From: Chlorokybus atmophyticus
Taxonomy: Eukaryota; Plantae; Mesostigma and Chlorokybus algae
Assembly: GCA_009103225.1 (NCBI GenBank)
Contig: RHPI01001946.1
Location: forward strand, 124,001 to 188,000
Length of the DNA: 64,000 bases
Reading direction: 5' to 3'
Shown: one piece after another, positions 1 through 12,786 of the stretch
Layout: every line of letters begins with the position of its first letter
How positions within the stretch are numbered: the first letter of the stretch is position 1
Made by a program: the position numbers and the translations under genes
Notes under the pieces: model-generated
The model's input: only the letters and a program-made list of their open reading frames with translations
Database searches by the model: none
Told to the model about the DNA's origin: nothing

Positions 1-264
1 TGGCTAGGGTTTGGCGGGAACGCCAACGGGCGTCTGCGGGCGGCGGGATAGGCCGCGGCGGGGGTGTTGTGTGCGTGGTTATGCAACAGGTCTGAGGTGT
101 TGTCTGGCAAGCGGAACTTAACGATCTGCTGCTTGCCATGTGCGTTGCGGCTAGCTAGCAGCTGCCAATGGCAGGCTGAGCCTAATCCTAGCTTTTGAGG
201 CGGGAGGATAGTTAGTACAGCAACGCATCGGCCTTGGCGCGCTTGCAAGTTCACTGCTGCAGCC

Positions 265-2862
265 ATGGATGCCATGCGGAAGCAGCTCGATGCGCTAATG
301 GGATCTAACAGGTGGGGCAGCATGTGCGAGTGCATGTCGTATAGCTTTGCATGCAGCATGGCTTCCATCTTATTCATTATTCTATGTGCTTCCTGTTACG
401 TGCGCAGTAATGTGTGTAGTAGTGTAGGTACTGTGCATAGTTACAATTTTCCCGCGAATGGACTCTCTTGTCGTCGGGCTACTTTTTGCCATGCGCTTGT
501 TAGGCTACATCACTGGACTGGGCTTAACTTGCATATTGAATTATTATTAGAAACGGCGACGTTCAAGAGGAGGAAAAGAAGTACTTCGATCGAGGCGTGT
601 GCAGATTTTTCCTATGCGGCCTTTGCCCTCACGATCTCTTCAACAACACCAAGATGGACTTGGGAGACTGTCCAAACGTTCACAGTACGTGCCTTTCCGG
701 AAGCTTCTGAGCTATATGGTAGTCGGGGTTTGCTATTACTTAGACAAAATGGCGTTACCTGGCTGCATGGATTCGTCGCTCTGAGAATGCTTGCTTGTGA
801 TGGAACAGTAATGTGCTGTTTGACAACCTGATGGTGGAATAATTGCGCACGAGACCAGATACCAAGAGCACAGTGTTATTATGTATTGAGCTCCGTCGTC
901 CTGCAAGTAGCTGTTACCTCAGGTGACTTTTTCAAGCATACTTCCTATGTGGTGCATGCTAAAGCAATGCTTGGCAGATATGCAGCTGCGGCGTGACTAC
1001 GAAGATGCTCGCGCAAAGCGCAAGGATAACTACGACCGTGAGCTGGAAATGGAACTTGAGAAGCTAGTTGTGGATTGTGATCGTAAAATCAGTAAGTCTT
1101 GGCTGTTAATAAGAACCGTTCTGCTCAGTTGCTGTGAAGCATCAAGAGCCCATGTGATATTGTCACATTTGCAGCACGAGCACAACGCCGGCTTGAGGAT
1201 GACGACACTAATGCGAAGAGCTACCCACTAGTATCCACTTCAACCATATGTCCAGAGGCCGATGAGCTCACTGAGCAGATTAAGAAGAAGCAGCGCGAAG
1301 CTGATGATTTCTGTACGCCATGCATGGCTCGTGAAGCAGCTGCATTATGGCTCGAGCTTACTGGCTGTGTGCCGCAGTGCTGGAGGGTCGAAACGATGAC
1401 AATATCCGATTGACTGAAGAACTTGAAGTTCTTATCCAGCAGCGTGCTGATGCGCAGGTGGGCACTTCCTGCATGAGCACTTGGCGTTTTTCTTGCTCAG
1501 TGACGTGTATGGTTGTTTTGATGCACTCATTGTATACATAGCCTTCATCAACTGTCTGCAACATCGCGCAGGCCAAGGCGCTGTTGCAAGTGTTTCATCA
1601 AGACCACGCACATGCTGGAACTGCCACTGCAGCTCCGCCTCCCCCTGGTCCTACACCTGTGCCTGACGAAAAGACACAGCAGTTGATAAAGGAAAAGTTG
1701 CAGCTTGCAGAAGAGCTAGGTTAGCCATCATGTTTATTCGTTTGGCAACTGGTGGTTTCTATGTCACTCGCTTGCTTTTCTCTTTGCGCCTGTCCTTACC
1801 TCTACAATTGCATTGCCCTAAGACCAGCATTGAGTGATGGCTTCCTGCACCCTTAGGTGAGCAAGGGCGTGTGGACGAGGCTAAAGCCGCCACGGATGAA
1901 GCTGAAGCACTAAAAAGGGTACCTGCGGCACCACATTTTAATTGTCAGCTTACATCAACTTACTGACATGCGCTGGTTGCAGGCTGCGCTTGCACCGCCA
2001 CCTCCGACATCAGTTACTAAAACGGATGCCAGGATTGTGAGTCCGTCACCAAGTCCCGTCTCCACATGGCATCTTGCTGCTGGTTGCAAGTGGTGTTCAT
2101 GGTGCTGAGCGATTCGTGTGTACATTTGCAGCTGCAGGCGGATCAAAAGCTGCGAGTTTGCGATATTTGTGGCGCTTTTCTTAGCATTTATGACAGGTGC
2201 CGTACCTGTAGCTGTCAACATGCCTCAATGTATCTGCGCCCTTCTCTCATTGCGTGTCTGATGATGTTGCAGTGATAGACGCCTTGCCGATCACTTTGGG
2301 GGGAAGTTGCACCTGGGTTACCTGATGATCAGAGACAAGCTGCAAGAGCTTCGTGTAAGCGCACACAGCATGTTTGTTCATGCCTTGTCCATGTTGCGCT
2401 GTTTGCTGTTGGCAGTAGGGTAGTTTGCAGTTGGCAGTTGGCATGCATTTCATACATCGTGATTGTGCAGAAACCCAAGACAGCTACTCCTGTAGACAAT
2501 GAGGTTCAACCAGAGAAAGAGCGCTCTTACTCGAGGGATCGTGACAATGGCGATCGGGATCGCGAGCGCGATAAGGGAGATCGTGATCGGGAGCGCGACA
2601 GAGACAGAGACCATCATCGGGATCGGGACAGGGGCCGTGATCGGCATCATGACCGGGATAGGCGCGACCACTACAGAGACAGCAGGTATGGAGTACTACG
2701 GCATGCATGCCGGCACAGGAAGTATCTACCTCAAGAGTACACGCTGATGCTGTGCTCTCCTGCAGGGGACGAGACCACAGCTCGCGTGATAGGCGCGAGA
2801 GATCCCGCTCGCGTGAGCGTTACGATAGGCACAGAGACGACTACAGACGGGACCGAAGATGA
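265..2862 (+). CDS. LUC7: LUC7-like U1 snRNP-associated splicing factor, multi-exon
   Basis: Spliced reading MDAMRKQLDALMGSN|RNGD...VCRFFLCGLCPHDLFNNTKMDLGDCPNVH gives zinc finger 1. QKLRVCDICGAFLSIYD|SDRRLADHFGGKLHLGY gives zinc finger 2. An RD/RS-rich tail ends at TGA 2860-2862. Junctions are GT-AG and in phase where checked (exon 1 is 265-311, exon 2 starts at 551). Confidence 0.95.
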
Positions 2863-4388
2863 TGGACAGGCTTGGGTAACAGATCTTACCATGCTGTCAA
2901 TTTGCAGATGGTCATGGCAGGTGGTTAGTCCGTGGCGTGGATGCAGTAGCTTCAGCTGGCGGCTAGGTGTGCTTGCAGTGAATTGATATTTCTGTTTTGA
3001 GTGTACAGATATGCTTGCAGAAATGTTTGCGCTCAACACCACTGCCGAGTGTCCATGTGTTGTGTACTGTACCTGTATGCAGCTGTTGACGAGAGCAAGT
3101 GTAAGCAATGAGGGAGGGTGGGGTGGAGAGCAGCACGTATGGCGTGTTGGATCTTGTTGTACGCATGGCTTCAGGTCAGTCTGTGTGGGTGATGTACATT
3201 ACTGAGCGCATTGCTGGTTTTATGCACAGACGATCACATTGTCACGATGTGACAATCACTGTGCATGCAGTTCCACCACTTTGCCCATGCTAATGTCTCA
3301 GTAAACAGCATGACCTGCAAGGCAGCGGTGTTAGCAGTAGGGTTGGTGGGCTAGTTACAATTCCTAGTCTACCAGTGACAAGGAGGATCAGGATATCGAG
3401 GATCAGGATATGCAGGCGTGGGTAAGGTGTACTGGCTGAACCAAGACACAACTAGCTATTGTGGTTTTAGGTGTTCATCTGACCTGGCACTAGATGTCCC
3501 AATAAGCGTAAGCAAAAGTCTGTAGATTGCAAGCTTGCCACACGCACATCCACAACAGTGAGTCAGCAAAGGTTTGAAGGGCATGCACTGCATGAAGCAT
3601 TGGTGTCGGGTGAAGTTACTAAGGCTTGGCTCGTTGACTCAAGGCCCATGTGTAGCGTATATGCAATGCTATGCATGTGACCCCATTGCATTGTGCACAT
3701 GCATGACACATGCAAACACAAGCGCACTCGCACACGCCAGCAAACAACAACTTGTTACACCACCGGGCTACCTATACATACTAGGAAGCTACCTTCGCTA
3801 AGCCCTTGCCCCGTTAGTCAACATGCATGCGTAGTTACCTGTACACATTGGCGATTCCAACAGTTAGGCACTGGGTGAGGCTGAGCGGTAGCAGTAGCAG
3901 ACAGCAGACGGACTCCCCCTCCTCTGTCTCCCTCTCTCTCCGCCTCTTTCCTGCCGCCTCCCTGCTTGCAGTACGTGCGCTCCTTGTGTGCATTAGCAGT
4001 GTCCGTGAGTTGTACAAGCCACCTACTGTATCAATATCTTACATGCGGGGCTGGGTGTTGTTGTAAGACCTCCAAACAGTCGCGAATGTCTTTGACATGC
4101 CTGTTACCACTGCACATTGCGACAGACCCTTCAACCAAGACTCCCTCTATCTGTCATCACTGTACCGCACGGCTTCCCCTCCTCCCCGAAAGAACTAGAT
4201 GCAGGCTGCTGGTGTTGGTGTTTGTTTTAGGTATGCTCGCACAGGACAAGGACACTTTTGTTTTATGTTTACAATGGCGTTTCTCGCTTCAACAGGACCA
4301 CAGCAACGAAGAAAACCGCACGACAGACCGCTTTATTGGCAACATCACAACCCAACAAACACAGCGACATTAAACTCAGCCTCTCTGC

Positions 4389-6043
4389 TTAAGCGCAATG
4401 TTCTGAATGCGGCCGCAAGAACCGCGGTAGCCTTGGCCGAATGAGAGCGAGAGAGTTCTTTGCCAAAAGCACGAGCGCGACCGTACTTGCACCCGCAAGA
4501 AACGTCAACAGGGCAGTTGATGCCGGTGGTGATGTTGATGATGGTTGACACTCTGCGCAGTCCACTCTATCCGTATGTGTGTGAGTGGTGTCGACCGGAT
4601 GCGCGCTCTCGATGACCGTGTCTTCGCGCAGCTGCTTGCGTGCGATGGGATCTGTCACCGATATCCGAGCATGCGGCCGTTCTATTGCCACGGCCTCTCT
4701 GTCACTCTCCAATGCCAAAGAGGATGTTGCAACATGCTGCGACTCAGCGATGGCCAACACCTGGAGTGGGTGCAATATAAGTGACACACACGCATACAGG
4801 TATATATACACACGCGCACATGCAAGCGCATGCGCACTTGCAACCTCACACACGCGCGCACAAGCACGTGTACAGGCACAGGTACAGGTGTACACACATG
4901 CACGACCGCACACACACACGCGTATGCGTATGCGCGCATGTTCACAGATAAGCACTCGCAGTTGCAGACGCACAGGCACAGGCAAAGGCAAACGCACACG
5001 CACACGCACACGTGAGCGTATACGATGAACACATGACAAACCTCTTCTTTGGTCATAGGCGTGTCCACAGTATGGCCTCGTTTGCTCCCGCGCTCTTTGC
5101 GCCGCACTTGCGGCTCGATGAAGAAAGGGTTCTCGTCGTCATCGCCGGCCACCACTGCAGTTTCCTTCACATCGAACTTGCGGCTCTCCGTCGATAGATG
5201 AGCCCGCTCGTATATCACCAACCGGCCTTCCTCTTCACCCACCTGTGGACACAACATTGCGTTCAAAGCTCACTCACACATGCAACCTCTGAAGGCTGTC
5301 ACACACGCATGCACAAACGAGCGCGTGCATGTGCACACGCACACTGCTGCGCATCCGTGCGCGCTCACACGCACGCACACATAAACGTATACACATGCAC
5401 GCACGCGCACACACGCGCATGCACACATACAAGTCACACACCCACACAAACCCACCAGCAGGTTGGGTCCCGGCAAGGGTCCCAACGTGGTGCACGTGAC
5501 GCTGCCATCCTCGCGCCCGATGAATATCGGCTCCTTCTTGTACATGACAACCTCGGGCTTGTGAAACCTGTAGTGGGGGTGAGTCACTTTGTCATGGGGC
5601 ATGGGCAAGTTGTTGTTTTTGGGTGGAAATGCGAGGCTTACTTTGGCAACTCGACTGGCGACTCTTGCTTGCCCCTCATCCAAAGGACGGCTCCACCTGG
5701 CCGTCGCGTCGATGAAATGTCAGCACATACATACTGCTGGTGTACACATGCGATGGATGTCGATAACACGTGCTGAATGTGAGTTGGTACACATTCCGAC
5801 ACACACATATACAAGATGCTGATATCTGCATACAGATGTACACAACTACACATACACGTTCAAGGCTACACGCATAAGGAGGTGCAAGGAGAGTGTGCAG
5901 ATACAAAGAGCACACACACAGAACATCCGTATGACACGCACAACACTTTGCGTCTAGACTGTGCTGCCGGCCGTGACACGTGACAGGTGAACACTTCTCA
6001 GCTACACTTAGATAGTGCTCGCCATGCGTGTCCTTGTCTGTGT

Positions 6044-6098
<55 letters not shown>

Positions 6099-9000
6099 NN
6101 NNNNNNNNNNNNNNNNNNNNNNNNNNNNNNNNNNNNNNNNNNNNNNNNNNNNNNNNNNNNNNNNNNNNNNNNNNNNNNNNNNNNNNNNNNNNNNNNNNNN
6201 NNNNNNNNNNNNNNNNNNNNNNNNNNNNNNNNNNNNNNNNNNNNNNNNNNNNNNNNNNNNNNNNNNNNNNNNNNNNNNNNNNNNNNNNNNNNNNNNNNNN
6301 NNNNNNNNNNNNNNNNNNNNNNNNNNNNNNNNNNNNNNNNNNNNNNNNNNNNNNNNNNNNNNNNNNNNNNNNNNNNNNNNNNNNNNNNNNNNNNNNNNNN
6401 NNNNNNNNNNNNNNNNNNNNNNNNNNNNNNNNNNNNNNNNNNNNNNNNNNNNNNNNNNNNNNNNNNNNNNNNNNNNNNNNNNNNNNNNNNNNNNNNNNNN
6501 NNNNNNNNNNNNNNNNNNNNNNNNNNNNNNNNNNNNNNNNNNNNNNNNNNNNNNNNNNNNNNNNNNNNNNNNNNNNNNNNNNNNNNNNNNNNNNNNNNNN
6601 NNNNNNNNNNNNNNNNNNNNNNNNNNNNNNNNNNNNNNNNNNNNNNNNNNNNNNNNNNNNNNNNNNNNNNNNNNNNNNNNNNNNNNNNNNNNNNNNNNNN
6701 NNNNNNNNNNNNNNNNNNNNNNNNNNNNNNNNNNNNNNNNNNNNNNNNNNNNNNNNNNNNNNNNNNNNNNNNNNNNNNNNNNNNNNNNNNNNNNNNNNNN
6801 NNNNNNNNNNNNNNNNNNNNNNNNNNNNNNNNNNNNNNNNNNNNNNNNNNNNNNNNNNNNNNNNNNNNNNNNNNNNNNNNNNNNNNNNNNNNNNNNNNNN
6901 NNNNNNNNNNNNNNNNNNNNNNNNNNNNNNNNNNNNNNNNNNNNNNNNNNNNNNNNNNNNNNNNNNNNNNNNNNNNNNNNNNNNNNNNNNNNNNNNNNNN
7001 NNNNNNNNNNNNNNNNNNNNNNNNNNNNNNNNNNNNNNNNNNNNNNNGGGGTGGGGGGTGGGGTGGGGGGGGCTTGCGCATGCATGTATGGGGGTGCGTG
7101 TGCGTGCTTGTACGCTTATGCGTGTGCGTGTTTCACATGTGCGCACGAGACTGTCTGCATGCGCATGTGCTGCGTTTGTGTGCACACGCGCTACTGCAAA
7201 TGCACATGCAGGCATACATTTGCTTCCAGTTCTGGGTTGTGATTGACATCTCACCCATGGCGATGTCGATGTATCCGTCACCGTTCCAGTCTATCAGCGT
7301 CGGGCACACGTAGCCCAGCCTGTCAACGCGGACACACACGTCAACATCAACAATCATCAAGTCAACAATCCAACAATCCAATCAACTCCTGCTTGCCTGG
7401 CTTCAGCAGGCCCCTCGAGCGCCTGATACCCCGGCTTCACGAGCAAGTGCCCGCCTCCGACGAGGTCCAACTCCACCTGTTGCGTGCACAGGTATGCAGC
7501 TATGCGTCATGGTGTCCCACATGCACACGCACACGTAACAAGCTAATGGCAGTGATTCACGCAGGAAAGTCGCGCACACATGCACACACACACATGCACG
7601 TGCTGGCATGAATGCATACGAGCGAGCGCGCGCGCACACACACATAGCAGCACACCCCTTTTGTACACACACACATATGCACGCGCGTGCGTGTACACGT
7701 GCGTGCGTGCCTGCGTGCGCGCGCGTGCGTCTGCGTGTGTACATTTGTGTGTACGCACACACAGACTAGTACACCCACCCCTCCCACCCACCCAACTCAC
7801 CCCCGGCATCAGTTTGGGTTCTCTATCGGTCCCAACGTTCCTGTACCACCTCGCCCGCCCGTGCGCGTCCCCGGCCACGACGTCCGTCCGACCGTCGCCG
7901 TCCAGGTCCGCCGTGGTCGGGACCGGGTGGGAGGAGGCGGCGAGGGAGGGGGAGGAGGAGAGGTGGACGGGGAGGGGGGAGGCTGCGGAGGGGGGAGGAG
8001 AGAGGGAGGGTGATTGGGTGGGGGTGAGAAAATGTGGTACATGCAGTGTGCTAGCATAAGACACATATTGGTGTGGCCACACGTGCAGCCGCATGCACGC
8101 ACGCACCCGCAATGGCACGCGCATACATGCATGCACACGCACGCGCACGCGCACCCGTAATGGCACGCACGCATGCGTATCTGTATGAGCGCAATCACGC
8201 ACATGCACGCACGAACGCTGACATGCACCCATCCGCACTCACACTCTCACGCCTGTCCGTGTCCCCAGTCTCACCTAGTTTGAGCCCGTTGGCGTAGCCC
8301 CCGGTCGTCGCCTCCCCCTGGTAGAACCACAGGCCCCCTTCCCCACCGACGAGCAGGTGCGCGGCGCTCCCACTCCGGCCCGCGTACACCAGGGGGGAGG
8401 CGCAGGACGTCAAGTGACGAATGACCTGGGGGGAGAAAAAGTGTTCTGTGTTGGGTGTGTTGGGGGAGTGGGGGCAAAGGTGGTTGGTGCGTTGTTGCTT
8501 ACACACGCAGGTGTACATACCGAGACAAGTCAGGAAATACACTCTGACACTGTATGGGTAACTTATGCATGTTGCCTTATTGTTGCTTGCCTTGTACGTC
8601 CAAAGAGAGATAGGCGGCACGTATACAGAGTCTCCCCATGCATGCACGCAGGCAAAAGCATAGACCATACATACGCGCACACGTACTCAAAGGCACACAC
8701 GCACGCACGCACGCACCATTCCGTAAGCGTCCGTCAGCGGTTGTCTCCCCCTCAACGCCATCCCCCCGGCCGTCCCCGCCACCTCCCTCATCAGACTCAG
8801 CGCGCCGCTCTGCGAACCCGTGACGAGGAAACGCTCCGGCGCACCGCCGGTCGTGTTGGAGACCAAGGCCGACAGACCCTGAGGGGAGGAGAGTGTGTGG
8901 GTGAGTGTGTGTGTGTGGGTGGGTNNNNNNNNNNNNNNNNNNNNNNNNNNNNNNNNNNNNNNNNNNNNNNNNNNNNNNNNNNNNNNNNNNNNNNNNNNNN

Positions 9001-10050
9001 NNNNNNNNNNNNNNNNNNNNNNNNNNNNNNNNNNNNNNNNNNNNNNNNNNNNNNNNNNNNNNNNNNNNNNNNNNNNNNNNNNNNNNNNNNNNNNNNNNNN
9101 NNNNNNNNNNNNNNNNNNNNNNNNNNNNNNNNNNNNNNNNNNNNNNNNNNNNNNNNNNNNNNNNNNNNNNNNNNNNNNNNNNNNNNNNNNNNNNNNNNNN
9201 NNNNNNNNNNNNNNNNNNNNNNNNNNNNNNNNNNNNNNNNNNNNNNNNNNNNNNNNNNNNNNNNNNNNNNNNNNNNNNNNNNNNNNNNNNNNNNNNNNNN
9301 NNNNNNNNNNNNNNNNNNNNNNNNNNNNNNNNNNNNNNNNNNNNNNNNNNNNNNNNNNNNNNNNNNNNNNNNNNNNNNNNNNNNNNNNNNNNNNNNNNNN
9401 NNNNNNNNNNNNNNNNNNNNNNNNNNNNNNNNNNNNNNNNNNNNNNNNNNNNNNNNNNNNNNNNNNNNNNNNNNNNNNNNNNNGGGGGGGGTTGAGGGTG
9501 AGTGTGTCACTCTCAACTCGGTGTGATGCTTACGCAGTATGTGAAGGGTATGTCGCGGTCACTTGGCGTGAGTCTCCTTACACTCCCCGAGGGACTCTCG
9601 TCGAGCTCGGTTAGGCGCACGCTCCACAGGGCACTATGCGGCACGGTCGCCCTCCAATGCCCTTCACACACAATACTGAATCACCCACACCCACACCCAC
9701 ACTCGAACAACAACAACAACAACAACGCATAACCCAACACTCTTCCTCACCTGCGGCGTCCCGCGGTCGGTTGGCGGCGTCCGAGTCGTTCGGGTTCCAC
9801 TCGGGGTCGCGGTACTGCGCCGAGTACGACTTGGGAGGGGAGGGCTTCTTGTCCGAGACCTCCAGGATGAGGTCGCCGCCCCTGCCTGGTGAAGTTGTTG
9901 TTGTTGTTGTTGTTGTTGTTGGGGTGGGTGGGGGTTTGGGGTTGGGGGGTGGAGAGGTACCTGTTGGGTTTGGGACAAAGGCGAGGTTGAGGGGGACTGC
10001 GCCGTGCATGCCTTGGATGTGGAGCTCGCGGCGCTCTGAGTCAGTATAGT

Positions 10051-10098
<48 letters not shown>

Positions 10099-11620
10099 GT
10101 GGCGTACGCGTGTGCTGAAGACGTAAGTGTTACCAGAGAAGCCATGGTTGTCGGGGTCGTAGATGGTGTGCGCCATGATGTTCTCTTCCACATGCCAAAA
10201 CCCGTGTATCGTCCCATCAATCTGGTCGATGCATGTATGTGTCACATGATGCAACATGATGTTTACGTAACAGAAACACCAAAGCAGCAACAATCTCGCA
10301 TTTACCTCCACTATGCAGCCGGGCGGCGGATGCAACCCCTTGAACGGGTGCGTGACCTGACAGAGACATCTTTGTAAAATGCACACGCATCCTCGCAAAA
10401 CATATACACACGCACGAAAACGTGTATGTGTGTGCATGCACACACATACAGACAGAGAGACACATAATCACATGCAAAAGCACATGCACATGCACACATG
10501 AATCAACTGGCTTTTCAATGTGGTAAACAGACAGAGTCTGATTGTGTTGTACCAACCCAACAGTGTCAACCCCACACCTGCAGTTCTTTGCGGAAAGCCG
10601 GCACGCCTCTTCGATCCACTCGCAAGAACCGAAACAGATAGAGCCCCGGGTCTTTGCTGTGTCAACACAACATCCCAACATTACAGTGTTGGTGCTCTTT
10701 ATGTTGGCATAGACAGATGAGAGAAGCCCTTACCTAAGGTGTCCGTTGACTATGAAGAGGTCAGGGTACTCTCCCCCGAACACGAACCCGGCACCGATCT
10801 GACGTGTTGAACAACAACAAAAACAAGTTGCGTGTGAGGGGTGGGTGGGTGGGTGGGTGTGGTGTACACATGCACGTGCAAATGCGTACGGGGATGGTGT
10901 CGTGGCCGGCGGAGAGGATGTTGGGGAAGAGCGCGTCGCCCTCCTCGTCCTCGAAGGACGCCGCCATCAGTGGCCTGCGTGTGGGTGTGGGTGTGCGGAT
11001 GAGTGTGCTTGTACAGATGCGCGTGTGGGCGTGTGCATGTGGTCTTCTGCACGTGCGGTTGTACGCGTATGTGCACAGAGCGAGTGAGTGACCTCTCATG
11101 CACGCTTATGTAGGTGTATGCATCTGTGCATGCAGATAGTAGCAAGTTCCCTTGTGATGCACCACCATCGCAGTCGTACGATAAGTGAGAGGCGATAGTC
11201 ACATGTAACAGCGTTGCAGAACATAATGTTCGCAACGATGCAGTTGTGTGCGTCATCGCTGCAGCAATTGTGCTATGTCATGCAGCTTGGCTAGCAAAGA
11301 TCTGCTTTGACGCTTGTTGTGTAACAACCAAGCAGACAAGAGAAGTATTACGGAAAAATCTAAGACCATTCCGTGACCATATCAAAAGTCATTGCGATGC
11401 ATTGCATATATACCACACATACGCACAACAGCACACATGTCACGTGTGCTTATTGCGGAAACACGCAAAGATGCACTCACTGGCCGCCTTCAAAGCATTG
11501 TGCCTGCCCTGAAGAAGCCACCAGCAAGCTAAAACCCCACAACCAGGCGGCGCACACCACCCGAGTCCAGGGGTGCCTCATCCTCCCTCGAGCAGCACCC
11601 GCCACCCTCGCCACAATCAT
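4389..11620 (-). CDS. FG-GAP/VCBS-repeat beta-propeller protein with signal peptide and C-terminal transmembrane anchor, multi-exon, spans two N gaps
   Basis: The first exon (ATG 11620 or 11581) reads [28 protein letters not shown] and is followed by a GTGAGT donor. Internal exons include [64 protein letters not shown] and [13 protein letters not shown]. The last exon (about 4772-4389) has the hydrophobic segment [18 protein letters not shown] followed by a short basic tail. Continuity across the gaps is inferred. Confidence 0.72.
6043..7047. repeat. (TG)n microsatellite running into an assembly gap (N 6099-7047)
   Basis: Seen directly. The other N gaps are 8925-9483, 40250-40316 and 57298-57530, all flanked by simple or G/C-run sequence. 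Confidence 0.95.
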
Positions 11621-12786
11621 CACGCTCAGATTCCAAACAAGAACCCGTTGCCGATCATAGAAACATTGCAACCTACAGAGCAATGGTCGTATGAAGCATA
11701 CTAATCAAGGCTAACTCCAACAACACAGCATGTCGGTGTTGAACTTTTCTTCTCCTCTCCTTATTCAGCCGTGCTTGTGGGCTGTGGGCGGCAACCTGCC
11801 CAGTCACAACGAACACGTGAGCGGCCTCACCGTTACCCGCAGCGACGTACTAGAAACCTTAAGCAGAGCAGCGTCTTACAAGCGACTTTCGCTCAGGTCC
11901 CGCGGCTGGATGGCGCGCGCCAAGCGTCCGATCCTTCAGAACCCTCATCCTGATCCCATCAAAGTGCGTGCCCCTGACCCGTGCGCGCCGCTGACGCAGT
12001 GCCATGTAGGACCCGAGTGCTGTGGGCCCCCTGTTGGGGGGCCCAATCTGTGGGGGCCAAAATGATGAAGGGTTGGGTCCTTTCCGGGCTGCGTGACTCT
12101 GACAATGACGGCGGCTTTGCTGCGTTTCGCTCCAGTTCAGGACCTTTTTTCCAGTGTTTCACTTGGTCATGAGAGGCTGCGTGCAACTGACAAACTGCGG
12201 GGAGACGTTGCCTTGGACTGTCAGACGCACGCTTTCATGCATGGGCTGTCACTGACAACCTCGAGAGCCGCCACAGTTCCCAACCCCATCGGGACGCAAC
12301 ACGACTGTGTCATGACAACGCTTTTCGACTTCGCGAGCATTCCCCCCTGCCCAAATTCTCGGATGACGAACACTCAGACTCCGTTTGGGACTCCGCGTGA
12401 GGGCTGCCAAAGTGGCAGTGGTGCTCATCAACGAATGACGACAACGTTCTTATTGTTGATAAGTTCTCAAGGATAGGGACACGCCTTTCACGCGCGTCGT
12501 GATAGGGGCCCGCAAAAGTCCACATCCATACCGAACTTCTATGCCTGAGCAGATATCCTGTTGCCGCGTGCGTAGAAAACAGATATCTACACGAGGGGAA
12601 AGCAATAGGCCGAGGCGTAAAGTGCGATTGAGCTTTAATTATTTGCGGACGTCACGCGGCGGCGGCGGCGGCAGCGGCGGTGGCGACGTTGGTGATATGG
12701 TTGGTGGCGGGGTTAGCGGGTTACATCAGTGTGGGAGGGTGTAGCTGTGGCGCGTGAGAGGTTGAGGGTAGCTGGGTTGCGTTGTG

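Noticed and set aside
265-831. 188-aa ORF starting at the LUC7 ATG
   Set aside because: It reads through intron 1 and goes out of frame. The spliced model gives the conserved zinc finger.
1231-1240. GTATCCACTT resembling a U12 donor
   Set aside because: It lies inside a continuous LUC7 exon (YPLVSTSTICPE) and does not match GTATCCTT.
3835-4210. Short minus-strand ORFs with a hydrophobic stretch between LUC7 and the FG-GAP stop
   Set aside because: No coherent exon chain or recognisable motif; probably UTR or intergenic sequence.
5676-9614. Long ORFs of 200-470 aa with HT/CV repeats and X runs
   Set aside because: Artefacts of (CA/TG)n tracts and N gaps.
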